This document shows, piece after piece, positions 1 through 12,190 of a stretch of DNA of 51,197 nucleotides. The translations under genes were made by a program, and so were the position numbers. Each line of letters begins with the position of its first letter. Positions within the stretch are counted from its first letter, which is position 1. This stretch comes from Polymyxa betae A26-41. Its lineage: Eukaryota > Protista > Endomyxa: Phytomyxea. The stretch covers positions 1-51,197 of the forward strand of contig RBZT01000470.1 of NCBI GenBank assembly GCA_003693705.1. Direction: 5' to 3'. The notes beneath the pieces are model-generated. The model was not told the DNA's origin. It did not search any database and saw only the letters and a list, made by a program, of their open reading frames with translations.

Positions 1-999
1 AAACTTTGCCAGAACCCCAGTCTGTTATAGATTGTCGATAATGGGAAAGCACGCAGAGCTACCAGCAGATACAACAACTAATGCCACAATATTGAGCAGA
101 TGCAATGCAGCCTGATTTTGGTCCAGAATAATTTCCAAAGTTCTTCAAAGCACAGACCTCGTCAAAATGAGTTTTTGACTTGCTGAGCGAACTTTGTAAT
201 GGTTGGTTACAGATTGCGATTATATAAATTGCGGAATATCCAGATATAAATAAGGATCGCGGATGACAAAGTACTTTATGCAGTTAGTCATCTTCGAAGA
301 ACGCTAAAACATTCGTCCCAATCCACGCAACCTACAATAACGTGAATTTTGATTCGAGTTCATAAATATGTATAAAAGTACGTGCGAGCATCAGTTTTCA
401 TTGTTCTATCACCAAGTATTCGCAAAAAATTATTTTAACAATAGAAATACTTGTCCACCGCCATTAATTGTTGCAAGAAATTCTGTCATTAGTGATGAGT
501 GGCAATCAAATTATTTTTGGTCCAAAAGCTTTTCCTCTTTTGTGTGTTTACTCAGTTTTGAAGGAGATATATGTCGAGAGCAACACCAACAACCCTAACC
601 CTAAAACCCTAGGTCCAGCACTTAGAAAGGCGGAGCCTCCCAAAACCCATGAAGAGGCCGCGTCGTTGGAGTCGCCTTCCGATGATGGCAAAGAGGCCGA
701 TCCTGCGCAGCCCACAAGAGAGGCCGCTCCCGCCAAAGCAACTGCTTTGACTAACAGCGTCCCGGTACGACCTGTGCGCAAGTGTCGTTTCTATTGAGCG
801 ACGATTGCGCAACCCTGTGACCTGTCCTGACCTGTCCTGTTTCTGTGTCCTTTTTTATCATTATTCTTTTGGAAATAAAGCGTGGTTCAATTCCGCTTGA
901 CCACTGTCTGTCGACTTCCTTGAGAGTGATCACCACAATATATGGGTGCGCAGCCTCCTCTTAGACCGAAGTCACGGAACTAATTGGAGCCGCTGATTT

Positions 1000-2250
1000 T
1001 TCTGATTAGAACAAATGTCGTGGATCTTCTCATGTGTCCGCCGTCCAACAACCGTTCAGATGAAGCCGGCATTCTTCACAACAATGCCCTGCAAGGGCGA
1101 CCCAGCCACTTTGGGCTTCGCCGGCACTTCCTAAATCGTGCAGTCCCGTCACGGTCTCCCGGATTGTAAGTCTTGGGTTCTCGGTGGTGGTGGAGAGAGG
1201 CGTTGGGCTGCTTTATGGAATCAGCGACGACAAGTATTTGTCTGCTGGCGTCTCCATAATTATGCCTGGCAAGAAGCTTTGAACGCCCAGGTGGCGATTA
1301 GGATGTCTGATATCGTCGGCCACACTGGCAGCCAAACCAAGCAGTTTGATGAGATCCGGAAACCGATCATGGGTGATTTAGCCACACGTGTTAAATGTCA
1401 AGGTCGTAAACGAATCGACCAATTATATTGGCACCCTCATACGCCGCCAACATTCGAGCACATCATTGGAATCGAACATAAGCACATATTCGGTCACCAG
1501 ATATTTTACTTGACGTGGGAAATGCCTGGAAACAACCAATCGTCGGCCCTATTAATTACGCGCTCTGCGAGCATTCGTTTGCCAGGACCGTCATGCACCT
1601 TAAGAAAATTATTGACGAGTTCGTTGCTTTAATGAAATTCCAAAAGGAGGGCCCCCGGTACTTGATCTGGACGGTTATTGTGATTCATGGACACGTGATA
1701 ATTGTCAAGGTCGCTAACGAACCGACCAATGATATCGACACTGTATGTAGTGCGACTCGCATGGTGACTAACTTAATGATCGATTGTTTAGTGAAACAAA
1801 CCGATTCTAAAATGAAGCGAAGGTTGGATAACGATCGATTCGTCATGGGGCTGGAGTCACGAGAACGTTGCTTAAAAAAGAACCTGACCATCCAATTAAT
1901 TGCACTTGGTGTTTGCTTCACCAAATCGATCGGATTGCAAAGGACGGGCTGTCAACTCTTTATGACGGCGAGCTTTTCTCCCTTGTTGACATGACTGCCT
2001 CGAGTCTGCGTCAATAAGAGAAGCTGAGAGCAACATGTCAGAAAGTGACAAGCTGGCTCGCAATGGGAAATTGGGCAAGATGGCAAATTGAGAACCGCTC
2101 TAGGCTGATGGAATACTTTGCAGAGCCTCGTACCAAATACAGACCGACATAATGGTGCTGTACCTGATCGATGATTAGTTCTATCAAATTCAATCTCAAA
2201 CGCTGGTACGTTCCTAGCAGTTCGACGAAGTACGACGTTTTACAGCAAAT
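1000..2250 (-). mobile_element. Highly degenerate LTR retrotransposon pol/integrase remnant (Ty3/gypsy-like)
   Basis: The interrupted minus-strand translation ends in KTYNPGDR...SPKWLGRPC, resembling the integrase C-terminal GD.V...PKW.GP motif. Many stops; boundaries approximate. Confidence 0.35.
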
Positions 2251-2256
2251 ACGATT

Positions 2257-2927
2257 GTGCACACCGAAGGGGATGAGAATGTCGTGATTTTGAATACTAA
2301 TCGTTGTATCCTGTCATGTCAAGAATTTCAGGAGGACAATAAGCCAGCTACACAATCAGATGAAGATATCACTGTTATCACCCGCAAATTAGTACATGTT
2401 CCCGAAGAAGAACCTGAAGATGACACCATGAACTTTAAGGAGGATATCAACACAGCGAATGACCACATACAAGGTGATGAATTATGTGAACAAGCACGAG
2501 AAATTGAAAATGATGAGAGTGATGATGACGAACAAAATGAAAACCAAAATCAAGGTAAGAACAATAATCTCAAGCAAACATCTACAGACACAGAATCATG
2601 GACTGTAACGAAATTCGGAAGACAACTACAGCCAAGAAAATTTTATCATCAGAGTGCATGTATTTCATACCTATTGACGAAATAACACCCACTACATTAC
2701 AATAAGCAACAACCTGCCAAGAATCTGACGAATGGATGAACGCAATGAGAAAAAAATTAAATCAATGAATGATACCTGCACCAAAGGGAGTTAACATAGT
2801 TGGATCAAACTGGACATATAAAACTACGAAAGATTCTGATTGAGACGCTGATCTGCACAAGGCTCGACTAGTTGCACAGGGATTTCACAAAAATTTGGAG
2901 AAGACTACACGGAGACATTTTCTCCGG
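2257..2927 (+). mobile_element. Ty1/copia retrotransposon remnant (integrase-RT linker and start of RT)
   Basis: An acidic linker ORF is followed by frameshifted ...SDEWMNAM...PKGVNIVGSNWTYKT...HKARLVAQGF..FGEDYTETFSP, the canonical copia RVT_2 N-terminus. Confidence 0.85.
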
Positions 2928-4306
2928 GGAAGATGCTGAACTAACCGCCCGTTGGATCGATTGATCAGTTGAAGGCTATCAGCAGAGACATCGCGATTCA
3001 GGCGGCCGGAAACGAGGTCGGTCGAACAGGACGCTCAAGGCATCTTGATGCGAGCAGTTCCAGGGATCCGTGCGCTTTAGCTTATGAGCGATGATGATAG
3101 AAGAACCTCCGCAGCAGAAATGGGAACATCACTGAAAGCAAAGAATGTCAGAAACAGGTTTGAAAGTGGGATCAAACCCCATCGTTTCCATAATAAAACC
3201 GATAAAAACAGGATGAAAATATAAAACGTTTCATCCAGAAGATGCGCAACAAGGCCAAGAAAGACCGCCTCCGCCATTCCGACCTCTATTAGGCGGATTT
3301 TCTATCCTTTTTTTTATGAAACTTTGTTTTCTTCATAAATTTTCTGTGACGCACAGCTACCAGTAGTAGATACTTACAGATAAATTTTAGATATACCGTA
3401 ATATTTTTTATTTCTGTGACCGGATGTAAAAATTTCTGTTCCTTGAATTAGCGATGAATATTGCTTTATCGAGTTCTGGTTCAAATGGCGAGACTTCGAT
3501 ACATGATTGATCGATTGGAGGGTCCAGCACAGATGCGTTGCTTTTAGTTGCGACAGATTCCTGATCTGCTATTACGGGCTACATAGGAAAGGCAAGTTTA
3601 CTTCGAATGTGTCGCTTAAACCACCCGGTATCACCATCATCATCATCCACGACGGGGCCCAATGCGTTTAGCAGCATCGTTTTCTGGACTCTGAGTCGTG
3701 TCAGCGAATATTATTTCAAGATCAGATGCCTCCAGGAGCGAGTGTTTGATTTGCTCAAATCTTCAGATTGTCCCAATGCGGCCCGAAAATTCGCTTTAAC
3801 AAACAGAACATAATGAATCCTCAGCAGTTCTTAATTCTGTGACAAACGATGTCAACGAGAGCCGAGTCCATCTTAACAACATCGGGATGGAATTGGAAGA
3901 TCTATGTTGTCATTGTTATCAATATACAGAAACTATTGATCATCAACTCATCATATGCAAAATAGAAACATAAAACATTCCGAGAGGAATACACAAAAAT
4001 AGGAATCACAGACTTGAATAAAGCACCTTTCTTACATGAGAAATTCATGGCCAACTTTCTAACATCAGCTAATGAATACGGATGCTATATATAAAGAGAT
4101 TGATAATAAGCTGGGTCTTTAGTATGGGAGTCTTGAAGTGACAAGATACATGGATTCGAGTAACCCTAACCTAGGGTTAGAGTTTTAGGGTGCTGAAAGA
4201 ACCCTGAAAGCGGGGAATACACGCAGATGGGAACTGACCACGGAATTCTATAATTCTCCGTCCCGGATTTGACTCGCTCCAGCACGTCTCTCGTCGCCTG
4301 CGTCCA

Positions 4307-5626
4307 ATGCTCATGAGCGTCGTCCTCATCGTAACGCTGGTCCTGGTGGCGGTGTCGGCCACGGATCTCGGACGCTGCAGCCCGGACCTTGCCGCGTCCT
4401 CTCCCATCACGGACTCCTCTCCTGACGAGATTCTCGAGGCTGTCTTCCGTCATACCCGCCCGGACCCGCTCCTATCCGCAAAGCTCGCGCTGGTCAGCAA
4501 GGCCCATCTCAAATTAGTCCGGGACGGCCTCCGCCTTGCCCGGATTGCTATCCAGCTACCAACGTCCCCTGACTGCTTCATCCGCGACATCAAATGGCTG
4601 ATTTCGGTATGCGGAGCGCAACCCGGTCATACTGCCCTCTTGAGCCATTTCCTGACGGAAGAATCGGCGCCTCTGTTCCTGTATCGGCTGCTTTCGATCG
4701 TTGAATGCGAGCCCGGACTGATCGCGGACCTAGTCGACGTGATCGGGCCGATCGAATCCGTGGCCGTACTGACCCCCGGCTGGGTCGTCGTCGTCTACAA
4801 CCTCCATTGGCTGACCGGACGCAAGGTTGATCCCATCAAGAAATTATGCGATGAAATTCTCGGCAAGACGCCCTGCTCGGACTTCCTCTCCATCGGCGAC
4901 ATTCCGTCCGTCGTGCTGGACTCGCTGCGGCATCATGCCGACCACCGGACTCCGGGCGGCCTCTCGATCCACGACCGCCTCCCGTACCCGTTCGCCAACC
5001 TCAACCAGCTGTCGCTGTCCGCTGTCGCCTTCGCCATCGCCAAAAACCACGGACACGAGATCCGATCACGGCCCGTACTGGCCCGCCGACTGTTCTACCT
5101 CGGGACGCCGATTTTCCTAAACTTGATGAAGATTAAGAAGTTTAAGGCCGCCGCCGATCTGCGCGCCATGTTGCCGTTCGCGTTCTTCGTCGACGTGGCG
5201 CTCGCCTCACAGATCGACGATTTGATCGAATCGGGGCGCGCCGATCTCATCGCCGTCGTTCTGCGTTCGGAGGCGTTCGTCTTTCTCCCGTTCTGCCAAT
5301 CGAACGGGCTGTGGAACAGTCTCGATCAGATCGTCGACGCCCTGATCGAGGTCGAGGGCCAGCACGACTTGCTGCGGCTTCTGCTGCGGGCGCCGCTGCC
5401 GGACGTCTGGGTTGCCGAGGTCGGGAGGAAGCGTGGCGGCCCGATTCTGCACCGTGCGGTGAAGGCGGCGAATGCGGGCGCTGTTCGCGTCCTGCTTGAG
5501 TTCCCGGACCTGATTCCGACCGATAAAGCGGCTCAGTACGGCCGCTCGGCTCGGTCGTATGCTGAGCCAGGTTCGGAGATCGATACTCTTTTGCTTCAAC
5601 GAGTTTCTGTGTCTAATGTCAATTAG
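4307..5626 (+). CDS. Secreted protein with N-terminal F-box-like motif and C-terminal ankyrin repeat(s); candidate effector, 439 aa
   Basis: Intronless GC-rich ORF. Signal peptide MLMSVVLIVTLVLVAVSA; F-box-like ITDSSPDEILEAVF...LALVSKAHLKLV; ankyrin-like GGPILHRAVKAANAGAVRVLLE...YGRSARSYA. Confidence 0.8.
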   Translation: MLMSVVLIVTLVLVAVSATDLGRCSPDLAASSPITDSSPDEILEAVFRHTRPDPLLSAKLALVSKAHLKLVRDGLRLARIAIQLPTSPDCFIRDIKWLISVCGAQPGHTALLSHFLTEESAPLFLYRLLSIVECEPGLIADLVDVIGPIESVAVLTPGWVVVVYNLHWLTGRKVDPIKKLCDEILGKTPCSDFLSIGDIPSVVLDSLRHHADHRTPGGLSIHDRLPYPFANLNQLSLSAVAFAIAKNHGHEIRSRPVLARRLFYLGTPIFLNLMKIKKFKAAADLRAMLPFAFFVDVALASQIDDLIESGRADLIAVVLRSEAFVFLPFCQSNGLWNSLDQIVDALIEVEGQHDLLRLLLRAPLPDVWVAEVGRKRGGPILHRAVKAANAGAVRVLLEFPDLIPTDKAAQYGRSARSYAEPGSEIDTLLLQRVSVSNVN

Positions 5627-7205
5627 ATAGAGGCCGAGTTTGGTTGCGTTTAGGGTTCTGCAGAACTTAAGTTGTGTTATTTTTTTTTATTTATTTTTTA
5701 GGTTTTATTAAATGTAAAAACGCAACCCGATTCACTGCAATGACCCTGCATACAGGATCGCTGTCTGTAACGTCGTCAATTTAACAGAATTGAGAGAATC
5801 CGGAATGACTGAAACCCTAAGTCTAACTCGGCATCATCTCATTCATCCTAATTCTGTAGATTTTCCATAATCTCAATGATTGACTCGTCAAAGCAACTTT
5901 CCAGTAATTTCCACAATCGTAAATATTCAAGATCGACCAAAGTAATCGACTCATCGTGGTTTTAAAAACCTGAAAACCGTTTTGGAAATGTATTCAAATA
6001 GATTCTCTTTCAAATCTTTGTTTTGACCTGCATTGACTCAATTACAATGAGATCTTGCTGATAAGGCTATTTCCTATAATGACAAAATTTGTGCAACTTC
6101 TTGATATTGTTCTGGTTACTTTCATAAAGAAATCAGCTCCAATCATGACCAGTCTGACCAAAACCCTTGGCCATGTCTGTAGATGTTACGGCAAGTTGAA
6201 TCAAGTTTTATCGATCCAGAGGCGCTGATGAATAAGCCTGCTGACTAACCAGTTCGACTATTTCGTCTACGAATTAACAGAGCAGCTCACGAGCCTCCTG
6301 TAAAAGGTCTTCCAGCGCTCGGATGTTCTTTCTCCAACCCGCTCACTATCGGACATCATATTTTGCAATGTGGCACAACATTAAAAATGTTCTTCGATAT
6401 ATCACTAAAGACCGATCCATCAAGAATAAAATTGGGAAAATATACCTAAATGGCTTCTTTCAACATCTTAATACCATTATTAGCCTGTGACAATTTCCTG
6501 GATTGATTTCACGAGATAGTGTCTCCAATTTGAAGAATTCGAAGCCTGTGACAGCAGAAATGAATCCCAAAATCCTGCAACCCTGGAGAAAAGATGCGCC
6601 GAATCCGTTTAGGGTTTTAGGTTTTGGAAAGATACTGTAGGCTTGCGAGAGACGTCTCAGGTCTCTTTCCAAAAACAAACCTGGCTGCTGTACAAAGGGT
6701 CGTACAGCTACATGCTGTTTATTGTCCGATCACGTTTCCTTAACTGAGCAGGTGCCAATTCTAGTTCCTGTGTTGAAAGAACTAAGCTTAGATAGAAATT
6801 TCTCGTTATGCTCCATAATCTAGTAAATATCCCTTACGTTTATTTAGATTAGAATCTGATATATATTCATCAAAAATCAGAAGAATATGGGGGAGCTCTG
6901 CCATACATCCTTTCTCTAGATATCTTCTGATACCCCATTTCTGGATCATAGTGATCGTTTAAACCTTGAGCATCCCTTGAATTTTCTAACATATATAACA
7001 TTGGAACATATGAATGTGTAAATAACCACCAAACCTTTCTTGAAAAGCATTTTCTCTTAAACTAAACTATCAATATATGTGAGAGAATCAGCTAGTATGA
7101 GAGAACCAAGTATGCGAGAGTCTACGGTACCCTGTCGTCTGTCTATCCCGACGATGCCATTGGAAAGAATCTGCCTATTCCCCTCGGAGGAGGAAAACAG
7201 TAACC

Positions 7206-7590
7206 TTGTGGTATGCGATTAAGCGCTGGCGTCATTATCTTGAGGGCATCCACTTCATGGTCGTATCGGACCACCTGTCGGAAGATATTTTCTTCATTCG
7301 CGACACTAACGCCCACTCTCAATCTGATCTGACTGCTGAAATGAACCAATTGATACCCAAAATCAAATTAGAATTCGACTACTCACCATCGCACGTCACC
7401 TACCTCGACGTAATCGTTTATAAATCTGAAGAATGCAAAAAAACATCGAACAGCCAGAGACTGCATAATCCATTCAATACTACTCACCAAACCATATTTC
7501 TCCAAAGCAGAACGAACTCGAACACTTCTTTTTCGATGTCTATAAAGAAGGCCCACGCCACACCGACGCCGATGCATTATCTCGTTGCCA
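7206..7590 (+). mobile_element. Ty3/gypsy RNase H remnant interrupted by a Penelope-like RT fragment
   Basis: WYAIKRWRHYLEGIHFMVVSDH (7209-7274) and LEHFFFDVYKEGPRHTDADALSR (7517-7585) are gypsy RNase H motifs. The intervening EDIFFI...MNQLIPKIKLEFDYSPSHVTYLDVIVYK matches the PLE RT DDIF...N..HP.IKFT.E.S...FLDV motif. Confidence 0.7.
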
Positions 7591-7759
7591 TGCGGAGCCC
7601 TGTTGTATTAAGAAGTCCGACATCGTGGAAGAAAGTCTTCTATATTTTTTTTATTACATCCAGCAATGACGACAGAAGCGTTACCGGCAGTTGTTCTACG
7701 CTCGGTTGTGGATGATCTCAATCTTTTTTAACTCGGCCGGGACAGTCGTTAGATACCAG

Positions 7760-7949
7760 TAACTGATAAGACGACTCGCATCTGTCTGAATATATCATAA
7801 CTGATAAGACGACTCGCATCTGTTTGAAGATATCATAACTGATAAGACGACTCGCATCTGTCTGAAGATATCATAACTGATAAGACGACTCGCATCTGTC
7901 AGAAGATATCATAACTGATAAGACGACTCGCATCTGTCTGAAGATATCA
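7760..7949. repeat. Minisatellite: 5 tandem copies of a 38-bp unit TAACTGATAAGACGACTCGCATCTGTCTGAAGATATCA
   Basis: Directly visible; near-identical units with no spacers. Confidence 0.95.
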
Positions 7950-8277
7950 TTTTCCTCCACCTACTCCCTGACTCAGCCATTCCAATCGAAGACGACCTAT
8001 AAAGACCCACCCAAGCACAAAACGATGACCCAACCTGAAATTGCATTCACGGAGCAGAGCGCGACGAACACGGCCTGCTCAGACGTCGATGCCCAAAGCG
8101 CTTTCAGGTCTCCTCTTTTATTATATATATTTCTATTGAAGTCGATGAAAGAATCGGAGAACTCGCTAAGACGCTGTAATAAGGCCATTACAAGACATAC
8201 GAGATTCCTTTTTTGAATTAATTCTGATAGGAAGGTGATGAAGTGAGTGAGCGACGCAGTCACGGACTTCATTTCTT

Positions 8278-8909
8278 TATTCGTCATGTCGCGGTCGTCT
8301 GGAGCTTCTCTTTGATGAGATTGCAGAAGTCAAGGGCCGGCTTCGCGACGCCAGGTCGAAACTGAGGCAGGCTGAGAATGCTGGCGTTAACGATAAGAAG
8401 ATTATTATGTATGGAAACATCGTCACCGCGATTCATAACGATCTCGCAGCACTTCGCCAACAAGCTCATCCGCCAGGTAAAATTTGAACATACGTTTGTA
8501 TCTTATTTCTTTTGTCACCTGTTGTCAACATGATATTAGTTAGGTTGGATGTAGCAAATGATTAAGTTTCATTTTTGTCTTTATGACATCATGTCTTCTA
8601 TTCGTGATGTCGCGGTCGTCTGGAGCTTCTCTTGATGATGAGATCGCAGAGGTCAAGGGCCGACTTCGCGACGCCAAGGCGAAATTGAGGCAGGCTGAGA
8701 ATGCTGGCTGGCGTTAACGATAAGAAGATTATTATGTATGGAAACATCGTCACCGCGATTTATAACGATCTCGCAGCACTTCGCCAACAAGCTCATCCGC
8801 CAGGTAAAATTTGAACATACGTTTGTATCTTATTTCTTTTGTCACCTGTTGTCAACATGATATTAGTTAGGTTGGATGCAGCAAAATGATTAAGTTACAT
8901 TTTTGTCTT
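8278..8909 (+). pseudogene. Tandem ~305-bp duplication of a broken first exon (coiled-coil header) plus intron
   Basis: Copies lie at ~8278-8581 and ~8599-8909. Consensus MSRSSGASLDDEIAEVKGRLRDAKAKLRQAENAGVNDKKIIMYGNIVTAIYNDLAALRQQAHPP then GTAAAA donor; each copy has its own frameshift. Confidence 0.6.
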
Positions 8910-9168
8910 CTTAATAATGTCTTCAAAGATCGCGGGTTTGATGATCTGATGTTCCTTTTCCGCAGCGCGCGCGACAAGATTCATGGCATTTTTCAATTCG
9001 CCACTAGCTGGTCTCATCAATTTTCTTTGTCAGCTATTTCAGATCGGTGTTCTAATCGTGGTGTGGAGCGGTCGCCACTAATGTTGAAAAAAAATCTATA
9101 AATCATTTAAGAATCAAAATTCAAATACAATGTGTTTTAATTTTTATAGTCATTAAAAGTACGGTTTC

Positions 9169-10312
9169 CTCTTTTAAGCTCGCGAGCTTCTAAACTCGCG
9201 CAGCTCATTCCGCGCACTTCCAGACTCGCGCACTTCCAAGCTCGTCTATATTCGGTTGATCTCAGCAATAAATTTTTTCTTTTTTTCTTCATATTGATAC
9301 GAAAATTGTCATGGCTGTGGCAAAACGCTGGTTCTATTACAGGACAGAATAGGGCCGGTCCCAGCGCAGAGCGTCCGACAGGTCCATTTCCTCATATAGA
9401 AGCAATATCTACGGCTGCAACCAAGTCTGTGCCATTCGGGCTATCTCCTCTGAATGAGGTTGATTGTGCTTCGTCTGCGCCGAAGAATGTTTGCGGCCTG
9501 CAAATTAAAGAATCGGCTGTACCTGAAAGTTTGGACAATTTAACGAATTGTTCTGTCGATATCGATATTTCACTTCGACGATTTTCATTCTTTGACACTT
9601 GCATGCCCCCATTTATGCAGTACATATCTGGTGAAAACGGATTCTCGATTGCACGAACAGGCCACAAGATGGATGGTGAAAGAGCATAGCAGTTATTCGA
9701 TAGAGACGATGTTGTAGAAGGCGGTAGCTTTTATAGTCTATCTGGAAAGGAAAAATGCACATTTAATGTTCCTTTTACATTCGATTTTGTTAGTTGAGAG
9801 CATTATTTCAAGACAAATGGTTTAAATCTACAATACAGCCATTCTTCAACAGCGGTTTTTATCGATGGCATCTTATTTAAGACCCGCGATCTTCTATTCT
9901 TGATTCTGCGCCTTTTATAATCGGAATTCTTCGAAATATGTGGCCCAAAGTTGCTTTCGATGCTGGCCTATTCTATCGATTGAAAGAGAAAGCGAAACCA
10001 AAGGCTTCGGTACTGACAAAGACGCAGTCAATTCTTTCATGCAGAAACAGATATTCAGGAATAATCGGGAGTCTTCGACATTTCCTTTGATGAATCCATG
10101 AAGATAGAGAATGTTCTTATACAGACATCGTCAATGGTTGCATACGCTCGGCAGTAAGGAAAATTTACGATTTTAGATGGAACCTTTTGCGATTCTATTG
10201 TATGATCTTATTTTGATGAGATCAATCGAATGTAGACGAGCTTGGAAGTGCGCGAGTCTGGAAGTGCGCGGAGGGGGCTGCGCGAGTTTGCAAGCTCGCG
10301 AGCTTAAAAGAG
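9169..10312. mobile_element. Non-autonomous TIR DNA element (~1.14 kb) with ~96-bp terminal inverted repeats
   Basis: 9169-9264 (CTCTTTTAAGCTCGCGAGCTT...GATCTCA) is the near-perfect reverse complement of 10217-10312. No transposase motif was recognised inside. Confidence 0.85.
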
Positions 10313-12190
10313 TTAAAAGTAATGAGAGAATAAACAAGAAAGGAGTGATAAAGAATAGTGAAGATATGACGATTTGATGGGTTAGACAAGGGAGAGGCGG
10401 TTATAATGGATCGATGTCCTTCCAGATTCGCGCCAGCAAGCGCATCGTGAAGGTCGGGAACGGCACGACTTTGCTGCTCTGCTTCAGTTAAGCATAAACC
10501 ACTCGTAGTGAACGGATTACAACCTTCTCGTTTCCCATAATCATTCTCCGTCGATTTCTTAATTTCTTGAGCATGGGTCGGGGTGAATGCTCGGTTTTAA
10601 TGCTTTCATTTTATTAATCAGCATTTCGAACTCTTTGAATTCCATGTTAAATGGGACGTCATATTCTACATTGTCTTTCTTTTTCTGTTGCTGATCGAAT
10701 CTGAATGAGTTTGAATCTGTTGTCTGATGTGGATTTTGACTCTTCAGTTCCTGTTCTCGGCGCACAGCCACCATGGGGTGGTCGTAGAAGTTGTTGGAAG
10801 TCTTCAATTCCATTAGTTCATTGTTTTGCTCTTTGCTTATTTCCATATTTTCCTTTTCGTCATGTTTCTTCTGCTGTTCATCTGTGCCATTGCTTCTGGC
10901 AGTTTGATGTTTTCTAGCATTGGATTGTCTCTGATTTTCTTCGTTCAGTTTTAAATTTGCTGATATATACCGATTTTGACGTATCTGATTTATTCAGTTT
11001 CATGAGATGCTCTACATTGAATTTCTTGTTATTTTGCCAGTTTCGTTTTACAAGCTCAGCGTATGTGATTGCCATATTATTCTATACTTTCATTTTTGTT
11101 TTAAACCCACTGATTTATTTATTATAGGGTTAAAAGTCGTTGGCGCTTCGTTCATGGTTCAGATAATCGAGCCATGTTGCCGTTCTCCCCACTGTCGTCT
11201 TCACGAACTGTAGCATAGAAGAACAAAATCAAATTTTCAAGAAATTTCTCAAAATTTGATGACAACTTACCAATAATAATCAAACTACAAAGAAATACTC
11301 TCTATTAATGTGAATTAGAGTTTTTTCACCCTTGGTTCTGTCTGTTCAATAGAAAATGGATTCATTACGGAACTTTAACTGCTCATTGCGCACGGATTCC
11401 GGCTCTATTGTCTTCTAATCGCCTCTTGTCTCGATCTTCAACCACGATCATGATCCGGTCTGCGTTCATTTCCCTGCATCTAAAATGGACGACATAGACG
11501 TCCATTTGGCTCATAGTATGCGGCCATTCCATTCGGGTAATCCCGATTATGATGGACTCCATTGTAAGTATTGCTTACCCTATACATACGGCCCAAATTC
11601 CCGAAAATTTCTCTTGATTCATGAACTTCCAATTTCAGAGTTGCCTAAACCCTAACGTGCTTGATGTCGTCGCGAAAGCTTTCTCAGATTTTATGCGATT
11701 CTAAGAGGGTTTTTTCGATTTTGTTCTACGACACTACTAGCATACAGAGGTACCAGCGAAGACTTCCTTCGTCGCAGCATGAAGTGCTTTCCAGATAATT
11801 CCAACGGTTGCCTTCGCGAACTCTGCTCCTCAAGTAATCGCGGCCTGATTGTGGAATGAAATCGACCCCATTAATTCCATCTAAAACCCATATTGGGGCG
11901 AATCGCTGTTCAGCTGAATTGTTGCAATTTTATAATGATTATTGGGACCTGATTACGACAGAGCATCATACGGATCTCTTTCCTGTTTCAAACCCTCTCA
12001 CAGAGTTTGAACCTGTAGTCCGTGTGAAACCAACCCTTCTATGATCATTCATGAAAGCGTTCAGAGCTGAGACTGAAATGCCTCATATGCAGTACAAGGG
12101 TTTCGGACTTCGGTGACCGATTATTCGAGCGCCACTGCGTGAAGGCTGGACCCGGAATGATCATTCCTTTTGCCGCTGTTTCTCTCATCA

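Noticed and set aside
4827-5599. Overlapping and antisense ORFs within the ankyrin gene (likewise within TatD and H3)
   Set aside because: These are shadow ORFs expected from GC-rich codon bias, with no recognisable motifs.
7760-7949. CRISPR array or tandem hammerhead ribozymes
   Set aside because: There are no unique spacers and the context is eukaryotic. The core reads CTGATAA...TGAAG, not CUGANGA...GAAA.
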